Positions 27,301-39,219 are shown, counted from the first letter of the stretch. The stretch: DNA of 64,000 bases from Paraphysomonas bandaiensis (GCA_965644295.1 CBFFRP010000327.1:1-64000), one strand, 5' to 3'. Numbers and translations: made by a program. Notes: generated by a model not told the origin, from the letters alone.

Positions 27301-29143
27301 TGGAATACGAAGGCCCATCATCACCTGAAGAGGATAGCGAGGATGATGACAGACCCAATGACTACAAAAATGGGAATGATACTTTAGATCAATTTGAAGC
27401 GGGTAGTCAGAAATCGTTAGTGAGTCTCACAGATGAAGGCAGTTTAGAATCGTCGTCGCTCGACGAGTCTAGCGTCAACACGAAAGAGACTGCCCCTACT
27501 GTGTATTACAATTTTCCTTCTACATTCAGAGGAACTTGTCTTGGGTTTCCTAGAGATGACCACGACCCTATTGTTATTGCAGCTCTCAAAGAGAGAGATG
27601 GTAGTCAAGGATCAGAGGCTAAGGAATCGTCTGTCATTAAGTGTGAGGATGAAAACGGTGCTGATACTTCGAAATCTGCTTATGAAAGTAGTTTCGAGGG
27701 AACTGTGGATAGCATATTTCGTGATTCTCCAGAATATTTCCAGCAATCCGGGCTGCGATTGGAAAAGAAAAAGTTAACTACTTATATGTGTGGTAGTGTC
27801 GTGCGCGTTTCAACCTCATTGCAAGAAGATCAAAACCGATGGCAGTATCACTTCCCGGGAGGCAAGGAAAGAGCGAAACAGCTGCGCTCTATTTCCTTCG
27901 ATGAAAAAAATGAGATGCGAAGAACTTTATGTCATTCACATATGCCGACAGTCAGTAACGCTGTGGAGGGCCTTGTTCAAGTGCAGTTAGAGAAAAGTTA
28001 TGTTTTTCCAAAGAAGGCAAAGAAAAATACCAGTAGTAACTTACGGGTGTGCTGGCGTGGTCGGATGATGCCGAAACAGTTCATAGGTGGAGACAAAGCT
28101 AAAGCTGCAATGCTTTTGAAGAGATCGGCTAGAGTGATTAAATTAATGCGAGTGGAAAATATGAAGGTGTGCGCCTTTCCGAATATCTCCTTGTACATTA
28201 AAGTCAAATTTTGTTTTAGGTAATAGATGATCCAGTATATTTACAAGATGAAGAAGGGGCGGTTGAAGAGAATGTCAATTTGCTCCCAGTTACTGTTTAT
28301 GAAATACTTAGTGAGGGACCAGGAGTTGTAAGTCGCAACTATCGTATTGAGGTTTCTGCGAACAATGGTGAGAAACTCGGTGACGTTGACATAGTTGACG
28401 ACTATGATCTCAAGCTGGTTATCGGTGTGGATCGTTGGAGAGATTTTTTGAACTGCGATGCTGATGAGCGTGATATGAATGCTATATTCCGATTTATTAT
28501 AGAGAATCGAATTATGTTGAATCTAGCTGCTACTGAGAAGAAGAGAGAAGGCGGTCGCAGGGAGGGAATCAGTCAGCAAATCAGTTCTGATAATATTGGC
28601 GGCGGGTCTGTGGTTATGCTTCAGCGTGACTCGCCTTCAATGTATAGTGAGTCTGAGGGTAGTACGACGGCATCAGACTCTGGAACTTACGGAAGACAAG
28701 ATAGAAAGGAGTACTGGTTGAGAATATACTCTCAACGCCATAGAATGTCGGGACGAGGGTTCAGGACCGTGGTCATGTTTGAGGGCGACAATCCCTTCAT
28801 TTATCACCGACCAGATAGGTACTTTTCAACTGCTTCCGTGGAAGAGAGGTTCCAAGAGATAGATGTCGTGTTCGACACACAAGATATCAGTTCCCGCAAA
28901 ACGACAGTATTAAGAGTTAGTGGTAGTGATGTATGGAATTGGCTTCCTAAGTGGCCGCTGGACCTTGCTCATGTGGTTCGCAGGAAAAGGTTCGGTCAGT
29001 GGCTTCTCTCTCAACTACGAATGCAATACTCCGTTCTTGGAGACTATCATCTTGAGCTTTTAAATATGGACAGAGAGTTAACTCGTGACCAGGCGAATGT
29101 TACATATTATTCCCCATTGTTACAGTCTAATGCGCATCTATAG
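21319..29143 (+). CDS. Giant (about 2500 aa) IQ-motif coiled-coil protein, function unknown
   Basis: Exons 21319-21543, about 21597-21760, about 21810-28166 and about 28221-29143. IQ motifs AARLIQTGFRSMRGRR and AKLIQRAWRGYKGR. Confidence 0.8.
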
Positions 29144-31019
29144 TTAATGTGGTTCGAATGTACACATAATTTTTGTAATAGTTTTGTTCAATAGAGACTG
29201 TATAAAGTTTAAAGTTGTGCTGTGTGAATACTGATGAAATTTTATGTAAGAACGATATATTCGCTATCACAACCTGTTATCATTCCAATTGACGATATAT
29301 GTCTGTGCTTTTTCGGTCATACTATGGTTACGACAAATAACGATCATATATTAATTTCTACATATATGAAGGGACCAGGGTGTGTACAAATATGTGCCTA
29401 TAACGTATATACCTTCAAACTAATACGAGCTACCTCTCTACTGAATTACACCCAGCAGTAAATCTTATATGTACTAGGATAACAACATGGCATAGATGGT
29501 AATATGGAATAAGCGGTAGCAAGAATTCTCAGCTGGGTAAGATGATATCCTGTGTTAAAGTCCGGTATATGGCAGGAGTGTTCTGTGATTACAGATATAT
29601 ACTCGTACTTTGTCGTGGTTTTCAGGGCGATAAGTACTGGAGAGATTTCTCCGGAAAACTAACGTGAGCCGCGTATGTAGTCAGTAGATATTGTTCTGCC
29701 CATATGTAGTCATATAGCCAATGTGGTACAAGGTACAAGGGTCACGAATTGATGTCAGTTGTATAGAAGTACTATACTAAATCAGTATAATTAATATAAG
29801 TAATCATTTCATACAGTGTATCTGGACAAGTAAGAGCATGCAATGTCTGATATAAAGGATCAGGACTGCGGTCTTCCATGATCGAATACTCTGCAGGATC
29901 GTCAGGCAAGGGATTTTTACTTGCGCTCTAAAGTATATTCTGGATACGATGTATAGGAGTTCGAGTTATATGAGCTATACTGGGGTACCCTTCGTGCTAA
30001 CGAGAACAAAAGCGTCGTTTTTTCATCGTCTTGTCGAACAATCAGAAATGGAGCTTGCCAATAAAAAAGAGTCACTACTACACCCACTGTGAGAACATGA
30101 ATCTTTGGAGTGGTAATAAGAGTGAAATTGTGATTGTATATAGCAATAGCAAATGCTATGCGGCTGACTAAAGTGTGACGTCGAACAGTACATTGAAGTA
30201 TTGGCAGGCACTGGTATATGACAGCGTTTTGGAACTCGAAGAAGCAGATTAGGGATGGTTTGAGGGAACAAGTATCGTCACCCAGCTGAAATCTTGATGT
30301 CGTATTACTCAGAATAAAAGAAACAGCAACTTCAATTTTGAAGTAGCGAATGCCACATACTTAGTTAGTAATTTGGAATAGCAATTTGAGAGAGCGAATA
30401 CACTGTGAGTTGTGCTATTATTAACTGTGAGTTCGTATATAGCAAGCTTCAATACTAACTATCTATGCGGGAGAGCTATTGTAAAGGTTTATGCCTCATT
30501 TTTTGTATATATGTAGTTAAAATAAGCTTTTTGTAGGGTAATTTAATTACTCGACACAATGAGCGTGACAAGTGGGTTCCCATGACCTGTAGAAATGCGG
30601 AGAGGGAAGATGGAAGTGCACCAAGAGAGAAATGCATCAGAAATGGCTTTCAGCTCCAGAGACCCCCGGCTAGTATCAGGTAATAAGTAGTGGTACTAGA
30701 GTAGTAGAGTGTGGAGCTGGAGTACTGTAGGGCTGTTGGGTAATAATAAATCAGTTCATTCATTGTATGTGCAGTTATTGCTCTTCTGTTACATGCGCAA
30801 GCAATAATGAGGACTAGATGGTACTGTAATGAACTATGAGATTAGGTGAAATTTATATATGCTCAAGAGTTGTCGTTAATTCGCAGCAAACGCATGCATG
30901 TGTATGTCTTTGAGCCTTGACGAATAAACAGGCATCCGGGAATGGGCCCACCTCAAGGACTTGCGGGGTATTGGGATGCCTACTAAAGTCAAGCATCCGA
31001 GTTATTCACCTTAAGGACA

Positions 31020-31115
31020 GAGAGCGAAAGTGGTTGCACCTTGGTGCTTGCGGTGAGGCACAAGCAAGTTTCGTAGCGCCGAATAGTAGGATATCAGAGA
31101 GCCTATTGCTAAATA
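31020..31115 (+). mobile_element. Retroposon 3'-end family, copy 2, left part (split by the copia element)
   Basis: gcgaaagtggttgcaccttggtgcttgcggtgaggcacaagc...taggatatcagag matches the reverse complement of 4750-4975 once the MITE is removed. Confidence 0.8.
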
Positions 31116-31373
31116 TATTAGGAGTCATTGAATCACGTATATCTCTTAACGCGTGAATACAACACACATATACAATGAAATACCAAATAGACTGAATAAT
31201 TACCAAACTATACATGATACGCGACTGTACAAGATACGCACATGTGTGTGGTGCTAACGCTCTGCTCAAACGTGTCTTGCTATTATACTATTAGGCCTTA
31301 TCGTTCCATCTTTATCTCTAATAATATCAAGTATATTCTTACTAAATATTAAGACTAACCTTAAATCTTATTT
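31116..31373 (+). repeat. 5' LTR, 258 bp
   Basis: Identical to 36486-36743. Begins tatta, ends cttattt. Confidence 0.95.
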
Positions 31374-31382
31374 TGGCAGCGG

Positions 31383-34300
31383 ATGAGTTCTAAGACTAAC
31401 AGTTACGATAACTCCGACTCCGACTCATCGGACAAGAGGAAGGATTCCATGCCACCCTTCGACGCCAAGAACTTCTCAAAATGGCAGAAGAAAAGTAGAG
31501 CCTGGTTCTTTCGTAAGCCTAAGATAGTATACATCCTAAGAAACGATGCGCCAGAGGAGCCTATACGTCAAGAGGAAGAAACAGAAGAGGACTACCTATA
31601 CAGGAAAAACGCCTACGACGAAAATATGCAGTATTTCGAGGAGGGCAACAATTACCTATGGTCACTTCTATCCAGCGCGGTGATTGGCCAAAACGAGGAA
31701 GCAGAGGGTATTATCGAAACAGTCCCTGAAGGAGATGGAAAAAGGGCATGGTCAGAGATCGAAAAGCATTTCAAAGACAAGACCTCAAATGATACGATAA
31801 CCGACCTCATTGGCCAACTGCAATCAATCAAAATCAAGCAAGCTCAAACAATCAATCAATTCCTGGACGAAGTCGAAAAATTGCGATTAAAGCTCGCTAC
31901 ACATGGCCACAAAGTCTCTGAACAAGACCTTATTTCAAGAATACGACAAGGGATGGTCTCAAATGAGAACCAGACCTATAAGGACCTGGCAATCAACCTC
32001 CAAATGAACCCAATTGATGATTATAAAACGCTGATAAGAAGATTGAGAGCATTCGAGCATTCCACTGTAGGCTCCCTACTATCACAAAATACGGAAACCA
32101 AACGGGACAGCGCAAACTACAGCTCAACAGGCAAACAGCCGTTTAACCCCCGTCTACCGAAGAAGCAGAAGCACAACAACGGGCAGCGAAAACAGAAGAA
32201 ATTCAACAAGCCCAGCAAAGTCACAAGAGCCTCGCGCGAAGTTAAGTGCTTCAGATGCAATGGATCCAACCACATTGCAGCAGAGTGCAAGCACTCGTGG
32301 GAACACATACAACAGATGCAGAAGTCCACAAACAAACGAAACGACGACAAAAGAGGGAAAGGGCATCATTCCAAGAACACATCATCAAAATACCCAAGAA
32401 ACAGTCATCGGGATTCGAACTTAAGACTGGAAGACTATGACGATGAGGGGCCAAACGATGACAATGACTACAGTGCATTCTCTGGGATGATCACAGACAA
32501 CCACGTCCTACATACGGAACACGAGAAGCAGGAATTTGGCATTCTAGACTCTGGCTGCACAATATCAATTACAGCAGCACGAAGCTTACTCTCCGAATTC
32601 ACTTACGATCAAACCACAATTTACACCGCCAAATCAGGATCAGAAATGCAGGCATTGGGATACGGCAAGCTTGGACTGATTAGCAAGTGCAGGCTAGTTC
32701 CAGACGCGTCAAAGACTTTAATTTCCATCAGCCAGTTGACAACAGACGCCAACTGCAATATTATATTCGGACCAAACGAGGCACGCGTATACCACGATGG
32801 AATTTTGTTGACCACAGCCAGGAAACAAAACGGTCTATACGAGATCAAATTATCCGATTTAGGTTACATCCAAGAGCAGTGCAACTTGGCATCTACATCA
32901 AGCGGTTCCTCGATCTCCCTGGCACATCGAAGGTTGACCCACGCATCCATTGGCTTAATTCAAAAAGCACTAAAGTTGAATCTTGTGAAAGGAATCACTA
33001 TTTCAAAATCCGACCTGAGCTCGCCACAGCTACCAGAAGGTCTTTGTGATGGCTGCGCACAAGGCAAGGCTCACAGGAGGAAACATAGGCGCGAGACAAG
33101 GCAAATGATACCGACAAAAACCAGAAGATCGCAGGAGCTTGGAGGACTTATAGCAGTTGATTTTACTGGACCATTTTCACCTCCAGCAATAGTCACAGGA
33201 AACACCGTAGTCTTTGGAGCTACCGATGCAGCTTCAAGATACAGTTGGACATTCTATGGAAAACACAGAACCGAGGATTTTGTCATTGAGTGCATTCAGA
33301 AAATTGTGGATTATCTGCATTCGAAAGGCAAACGGCTAATACACTATCATGCTGATGGTGGCCGTGAGCTAGTATCACATCGTGTACTGAACTTGCTGAG
33401 AAAATTAGGATCAACCTGGACCTTCAACGCTCCGTACACGCCAGAAGACAACCCCATACAAGAACGACCATGGCGCACGACCAAGGAAAGAACGCTTGCA
33501 TCCATTTGCAACTCGGGCCTACCACCCAACTTCTGGGAACAGGCTATGTCCACCGTCACGCATATGAAAAATCGCCTGCCATGCGCCACTGCAAAGGGAT
33601 TCATATCACCGTATCAGTTCATCCACGACGAGGCCCCCGATTTATCTTACGCCAGGATTTGGGGCTGCAAATGCCATACATTCATAGACAAGTCTCAGAG
33701 AAGAAACGATTGGTCTCCACATAGCCATATTGGGTACTTCATGGGATACCGAGAAGATGGACCAGGGTACGTCATATATGTACCTTCACTCAAGGACTTC
33801 GTAATCTCAAGTCACGTCTTTTTCAATGAGTGCATCCCCGACGTCAAGGAAAACTACTACGCTGAAATCGAATCATCACTGAGAGAAGAAAATTCAGAGA
33901 ATCGAACAACCGAGAGCTTCCAATACCTCGTTGGAATGACCCACACAGATCCACAGGATGGCCTCCAATACATCACGACAAGAATCACAGTCATCAAAGG
34001 CCACGTGGCTGCTTACAGAGGATTGGCCCCACGAGAAAATGAAGGGCGAGTCATCGAGTTAAATGACCCAATACACGCTGCGGACATCGAAAGATACACC
34101 GCCGAGCACTTCAGTTATCAGAACGCGGTATCACCCCCGCAAGAGGAACCAGGATGCCCCGTGGAAGGAACAGCTCCAGGGAGGAGCAGTTCAACCGATA
34201 GCCGTCATGACGCCACACGGGGCGGGAGTCACAGCCATTTGAGAGGACCCTACTCAAATGAAAAGGAGGCAAGGCCTCGCCGCACAGCAGAAGCTCAGCG

Positions 34301-36320
34301 GAATACAGTGCCGAAGGAGGCACGGGGTGACAACAAGCGTGATCACCCTGCTCGTAAGGTCAAACGAGCTATCAAGACTGTGAATTCCCAGGGTGACAGG
34401 AGCCGGCAAAGCCCGGATGGCACAATTACGGGTGTAAGGACACCCCACCGACACAAGGTGAGCCGTTGCGTAAAGAAAAGTCTCCACAGCAAGAGGCAGA
34501 CCAGGAAAAGGGTAATCATGAATGTACACAAATTCGGTGATAATATATACCACTGTGATGTTGATAAAAGATATTTGTACAACCACAAAACACCTGATAA
34601 ACATGATAGTTACAGAACATTATACATGAATGATGTTGACATCATTATGCATGCAAATGACACATGTAGCAATGATGTACCTAACACACCTAACAATGTT
34701 GGCGAGGCACTATCAGGCAGGTACAAGGAACAATGGCTGAAAGCCATCAACAAAGAAATCAAGTCTCTAGAGAGCAAAGGCTGTTGGAGGATAACGACAC
34801 CACCAGCAAATTCCAACATTATAAGGGGAAAATTCGTGTTTAGGGTAAAGGTCAAGCGAGATGAGGTTACCTTCAAGGCGAGGTTAGTGGCTCAAGGTTT
34901 CTCCCAGGTCGAGGGTAAAGACTACAACGAAACCTACAGCCCAGTCGCAAAGGCCACATCAATGAGAACAGTCATAGCACTAGCAACTATACTTGGGTTG
35001 GAGCTTCACCAGGTAGATTTCTCTACTGCTTACATCAATGCAGACCTCCAAGAGGAAATTTACATGTATCCACCCGCTGGTCTCAATGTTCCAAACGGTA
35101 AAGTCCTCAGACTTCTAAAGAGTATATACGGACTCAAACAGTCCGGGTTAAATTGGTATAAATGTTGTACTAATTATTTGTTAGACTGTGGTTTTACCAG
35201 ATTAGTGTCCGACCCGTGCATATTCACGAAATCAATCAATGGTCGACCCATAATTCTGGCAGTTTACGTCGATGACATCATTATCGCCGGTAAAAGTAGG
35301 ACTGACATCATCCAAATCAAGAATTCGTTAGCTGAAAAATTCGACATTCATGATCTCGGCCTCCTAGATTACTACCTCGGCATATTCGTCAAACAGGATA
35401 TACAGAATCGAACTACGACACTAAATCAATCTCAATACATACGGAACCTACTCCACAGATTCAACATGGAAGATTGCAAGCCACGTAGTCACCCCATGAC
35501 AACAAATTTTCATATAGACATTCTCGAAAAGAAACAACTATCTCAAGAAAATCAAGAATTTGTCCAAAATTTTCCTTACAAGGAGCTCATAGGTTCACTT
35601 ATGTATATTGCTGTGTGCACTAGACCTGATATTGCATATGCTGTAAACACCCTTGCTCGTTTCAGTACTAATCCAAATCTAACTACATGCAAAGCCGCAT
35701 TAAACATACTTAGGTACCTCAAAGGCACTATCGATCAAGGTCTACAGTACTCCGGGAAGTCTGTTACTTTAACTGGATTCGCTGACAGTGATTGGGCACG
35801 CTGTAACTTAACTCGCAGGTCGACCACAGCGTTTTGCTTCTTTATTGGAAATTGTCTCATTTCCTGGCAATCACGACTCCAGACCACTGTAGCTCTATCC
35901 TCTACAGAAGCGGAGTACATGGCACTATCAACAGCATGTCAAGAAGCTATTTGGCTACGGTCACTACTCTCGGAATTGGGCTTCCACATGCCATACTCAA
36001 CAACCATATGGTGTGACAACAAAGGTGCAATTCAACTATGCCTAAACCCCGTACACCACCGACGAACAAAACATATTGCCATCAGATATCACTTCATAAG
36101 AGAACAAGTCGCATCGCACTCTATTATTGTTGATTACATGCCTACAAACGAGATGCTGGCCGACATTCTAACTAAACCCCTCACATCAAACACGTTCCAC
36201 AGATTGCGGGATTCACTAATGGGGGGGGGAGGTATCAACATACCTGCTAGCAATAAAAGAACAAAAGTATCTATCCCACCGGCAGAGAACTCAACCAAGA
36301 GACCACGATGGATGACTTAG
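31383..36320 (+). CDS. Copia Gag-Pol polyprotein, 1645 aa
   Basis: CCHC knuckle CFRCNGSNHIAAEC, protease ILDSGCT, zinc site HRRLTH...CDGC, integrase D(VDFTG) D(ADGG) E(ERPWRT), RT YVDD, RNase H FADSDW/EAEY/DN/ADILTK. The IN-RT-RH order is copia-type. Confidence 0.97.
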   Translation: MSSKTNSYDNSDSDSSDKRKDSMPPFDAKNFSKWQKKSRAWFFRKPKIVYILRNDAPEEPIRQEEETEEDYLYRKNAYDENMQYFEEGNNYLWSLLSSAVIGQNEEAEGIIETVPEGDGKRAWSEIEKHFKDKTSNDTITDLIGQLQSIKIKQAQTINQFLDEVEKLRLKLATHGHKVSEQDLISRIRQGMVSNENQTYKDLAINLQMNPIDDYKTLIRRLRAFEHSTVGSLLSQNTETKRDSANYSSTGKQPFNPRLPKKQKHNNGQRKQKKFNKPSKVTRASREVKCFRCNGSNHIAAECKHSWEHIQQMQKSTNKRNDDKRGKGHHSKNTSSKYPRNSHRDSNLRLEDYDDEGPNDDNDYSAFSGMITDNHVLHTEHEKQEFGILDSGCTISITAARSLLSEFTYDQTTIYTAKSGSEMQALGYGKLGLISKCRLVPDASKTLISISQLTTDANCNIIFGPNEARVYHDGILLTTARKQNGLYEIKLSDLGYIQEQCNLASTSSGSSISLAHRRLTHASIGLIQKALKLNLVKGITISKSDLSSPQLPEGLCDGCAQGKAHRRKHRRETRQMIPTKTRRSQELGGLIAVDFTGPFSPPAIVTGNTVVFGATDAASRYSWTFYGKHRTEDFVIECIQKIVDYLHSKGKRLIHYHADGGRELVSHRVLNLLRKLGSTWTFNAPYTPEDNPIQERPWRTTKERTLASICNSGLPPNFWEQAMSTVTHMKNRLPCATAKGFISPYQFIHDEAPDLSYARIWGCKCHTFIDKSQRRNDWSPHSHIGYFMGYREDGPGYVIYVPSLKDFVISSHVFFNECIPDVKENYYAEIESSLREENSENRTTESFQYLVGMTHTDPQDGLQYITTRITVIKGHVAAYRGLAPRENEGRVIELNDPIHAADIERYTAEHFSYQNAVSPPQEEPGCPVEGTAPGRSSSTDSRHDATRGGSHSHLRGPYSNEKEARPRRTAEAQRNTVPKEARGDNKRDHPARKVKRAIKTVNSQGDRSRQSPDGTITGVRTPHRHKVSRCVKKSLHSKRQTRKRVIMNVHKFGDNIYHCDVDKRYLYNHKTPDKHDSYRTLYMNDVDIIMHANDTCSNDVPNTPNNVGEALSGRYKEQWLKAINKEIKSLESKGCWRITTPPANSNIIRGKFVFRVKVKRDEVTFKARLVAQGFSQVEGKDYNETYSPVAKATSMRTVIALATILGLELHQVDFSTAYINADLQEEIYMYPPAGLNVPNGKVLRLLKSIYGLKQSGLNWYKCCTNYLLDCGFTRLVSDPCIFTKSINGRPIILAVYVDDIIIAGKSRTDIIQIKNSLAEKFDIHDLGLLDYYLGIFVKQDIQNRTTTLNQSQYIRNLLHRFNMEDCKPRSHPMTTNFHIDILEKKQLSQENQEFVQNFPYKELIGSLMYIAVCTRPDIAYAVNTLARFSTNPNLTTCKAALNILRYLKGTIDQGLQYSGKSVTLTGFADSDWARCNLTRRSTTAFCFFIGNCLISWQSRLQTTVALSSTEAEYMALSTACQEAIWLRSLLSELGFHMPYSTTIWCDNKGAIQLCLNPVHHRRTKHIAIRYHFIREQVASHSIIVDYMPTNEMLADILTKPLTSNTFHRLRDSLMGGGGINIPASNKRTKVSIPPAENSTKRPRWMT

Positions 36321-36485
36321 AGATCTACGGAGTTTCCCACGAGTATGCTGTATGTTGACATCAGTGTAATCCACAATCTGTGATTGCACTCGTGGGTTTT
36401 ACCCTCAGTAGAACTATCTCCAAATATATACACCTATATCCATATATCTATGTATACGCCATATGATTATTTCATTGAGGGGGAG

Positions 36486-36743
36486 TATTAGGAGTCATTG
36501 AATCACGTATATCTCTTAACGCGTGAATACAACACACATATACAATGAAATACCAAATAGACTGAATAATTACCAAACTATACATGATACGCGACTGTAC
36601 AAGATACGCACATGTGTGTGGTGCTAACGCTCTGCTCAAACGTGTCTTGCTATTATACTATTAGGCCTTATCGTTCCATCTTTATCTCTAATAATATCAA
36701 GTATATTCTTACTAAATATTAAGACTAACCTTAAATCTTATTT
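36486..36743 (+). repeat. 3' LTR, 258 bp
   Basis: Identical to the 5' LTR and preceded by a polypurine tract. Confidence 0.95.
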
Positions 36744-36866
36744 AAATAATCAGACATTCACTACTAGGATATCAGAGCTAAGCACAGTTAGTTAAATTGT
36801 TCTGCTACACTAGTTCTGCCTCTTACACGCCTAGTGCAAATAATCAGACATTCACTACTAGGATAT
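36744..36866 (+). mobile_element. Retroposon 3'-end family, copy 2, right part, with a tandem terminal unit of about 94 bp
   Basis: aaataatcagacattcactactaggatat occurs at 36744 and 36838. The intervening sequence matches the reverse complement of 4667-4760. Confidence 0.8.
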
Positions 36867-37109
36867 TAATACAGTACGACAATGCCCAAGAGGAATCAAA
36901 TAGGTATCGTATATCGGTAATATTTGCGCCAGTGGTACCTATTTCTGCTCAATATTAGTGTATCAAAAAAGAATTCCTTTGAAGCACAGTGTACGGAGAT
37001 ACGGATTATTATCGTCTTAATCAGACATTCTTCGATACTCAAATACAGCAGAACACATGGTGTTCTAGCTAACCGAAAGTCAACAAAGTGCTTGAGCAAT
37101 TTATTGAAA

Positions 37110-39219
37110 TTATTTCTTCTGGTTCTTTTCCGCAGCTTCTTCTTCAGCTAGATCAACGATTCCTGCTTCTGGTTTAATCTTGTCATAGATCTATAAACAA
37201 AAGTTACGAAATATGCAGAAATAAGTAAATCAAATTACTTCAGGAAATGCATCATCGGCCTTGAACCTTTTGCGGCACTTGTCAACGAGGGTATGATCGA
37301 ACATCTATACAAGTGAAATGTTAGCAACGATGTGACAATCACGGCGCAGCCGACCTGTCTGAACTCCTTTCTGGTGCAAAAGAGATCCGTATAATATGCT
37401 TGCCATCTATAGCAATTCACAAGTCAGTTCAACTCCTATGACTAACACATATTCTTACCCTCCAATATCTCGTGTCCAATGTTCCATTTCTCTGATGTTT
37501 TTCTTAGCGTCCCATACTTTACCTTCTTTCACCTGTAAGTCGGTGATACATGTCACAACACACTCAAGTTCTTTCCTACCATTCTAGGAGCTCCATACGC
37601 ACCGAGATCACACCATATGCCATAGCCCTTTCCCTTGATCAGGTTTTCCTTGCGAGGATGCAGGAAACCGGACTTCTCGCCGCGGTCATACACTCTCAAA
37701 GGGAACACAAGTAATGGGTACACTCCATACCACTCATCGAAACGCCCAATTCCTTCTTCCAGATACCGAATAGGCATTATACTCTCCTGTACCACGTGTG
37801 CATAAACCGAAGCTTTACGAATGACAGGGCCCTGAAATAGTTTAAGTAGAGAAACTTCAGGTGCGCCCATCCACCCCCAGAGAGTGCGGTACAGCCAGTG
37901 GTTGCTAAAGGGAATCATATCCTCCAGCTCCCAGAAGATAGACCTACACCAATGTATCCATTACATTATAACGAGTTTCTTACTTACATACACTACACTG
38001 CTCACCTTGTAAATCGGTGATAGTAATCCATAAGGGGGATGAACTCGTCCGCCTCTCCCTTTTCAAGAAATGTCTCAACCCACTTGTAGTAAAAAGGTTT
38101 GAACCACCAGTTGATTCCATTGATCTTTGCTCGGTCCGCACTACTTTGAGGAGCATCCGCATACTCACCCATTTGAATCACCGCACGATCCTTGGTGTAT
38201 ATTGTAGCCTCAAGGAAATAGGGGGCGTTGGGGGACTCTGCGAGCTCCTTCATCTTGCGACCAAGTTCCTCCGCCGAGTACGTGGGAAGGTAGCGCACAT
38301 GCACATACGGCTTGATCTTGAGGGTCAAGAAAATTATTAATCAAAATTGGTGTATGCGTATTAGATGTACCTTGCTAATGCGGACGGTGACAGAGACAAG
38401 AAAACCAACTGTACCACAGCTCCATGGCAACGCGTAGAAGAGCTCCGGATCCGATTCCTTCGTAACATTCACAACATCGCCAGTAGATGTTACAATCTCA
38501 AAAGCAACAACAGACTCTTGGAAAAATCCGATAAGATGAGAATTGGTCTCCATTCCAAAACCCATCGATACACCGCCGATGGTGATACTTTCCATCTCCA
38601 CTTGGATCTGAAGCGCGTAACCCTTTGGTACTAGGTGATGAGTAATTTGGCCCATGGTCACAGAAGGTTCCGCACGTATGGTCATATTTTTCTCGTCTAC
38701 TTCAAGTATGTGTGTTAACTCGTGGGTCTTGATCTTGCTGGAGTCTCCCTTGTTAGACGAAAGCTTTGTTGACATGCTTGCCCAGTTAGGACGAGCAGTG
38801 CGCATAATATTCTTCCTTCCATTTTTGTTCCACTTCTTCACTTGATCAACAACATATTGAACACGTTCCTCATGTGTACTTTTCGGTCCAGCAGCAAAGT
38901 TATAGCGATACCAATCACATATAGATAAATGTACTGCTCTGATATAGCTGAGTGGGACCACAATAAACATTAATAATGGGGTACGAAATTGTGCTGCAAG
39001 TCGAAATTGTAGTGGAAATTCTTTAGATAGTGTCTGAGCACTGCTACCTGATGCAATTGCTATTGAAAGAACGATTGCAAAGGCTGTTAAGAGGCTATAG
39101 ACACCATACTTAAAATACATAACAACCTCATCACTGGGGTTTGAAAATATCGGTAATTTTGAGAGAACTGAGATCAATGAGAATATCCCAATGATTCCTC
39201 CATAGCATGCTGGCTTCAT
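37110..39219 (-). CDS. DHCR24: Delta(24)-sterol reductase (DWF1/DHCR24)
   Basis: HEERVQYVVDQV, MRTARPNW, AEPSVTMGQ, ITIGG...GFGMETNSH, LFYALPWSCGTVGFL, INWWFKPFYYK, YYHRFTR, YPLLVFP, IYDKI. Start taken at MKPAC (39219), downstream of the microsatellite. Confidence 0.93.

Larger units (their letters stand above)
31116..36743 (+). mobile_element. Intact Ty1/copia LTR retrotransposon, 5628 bp
   Basis: Identical LTRs, TSD aaata (31111-31115, 36744-36748), PBS-like tggcagcgg at 31374, PPT gagggggag before 36486, single gag-pol ORF. Confidence 0.97.
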
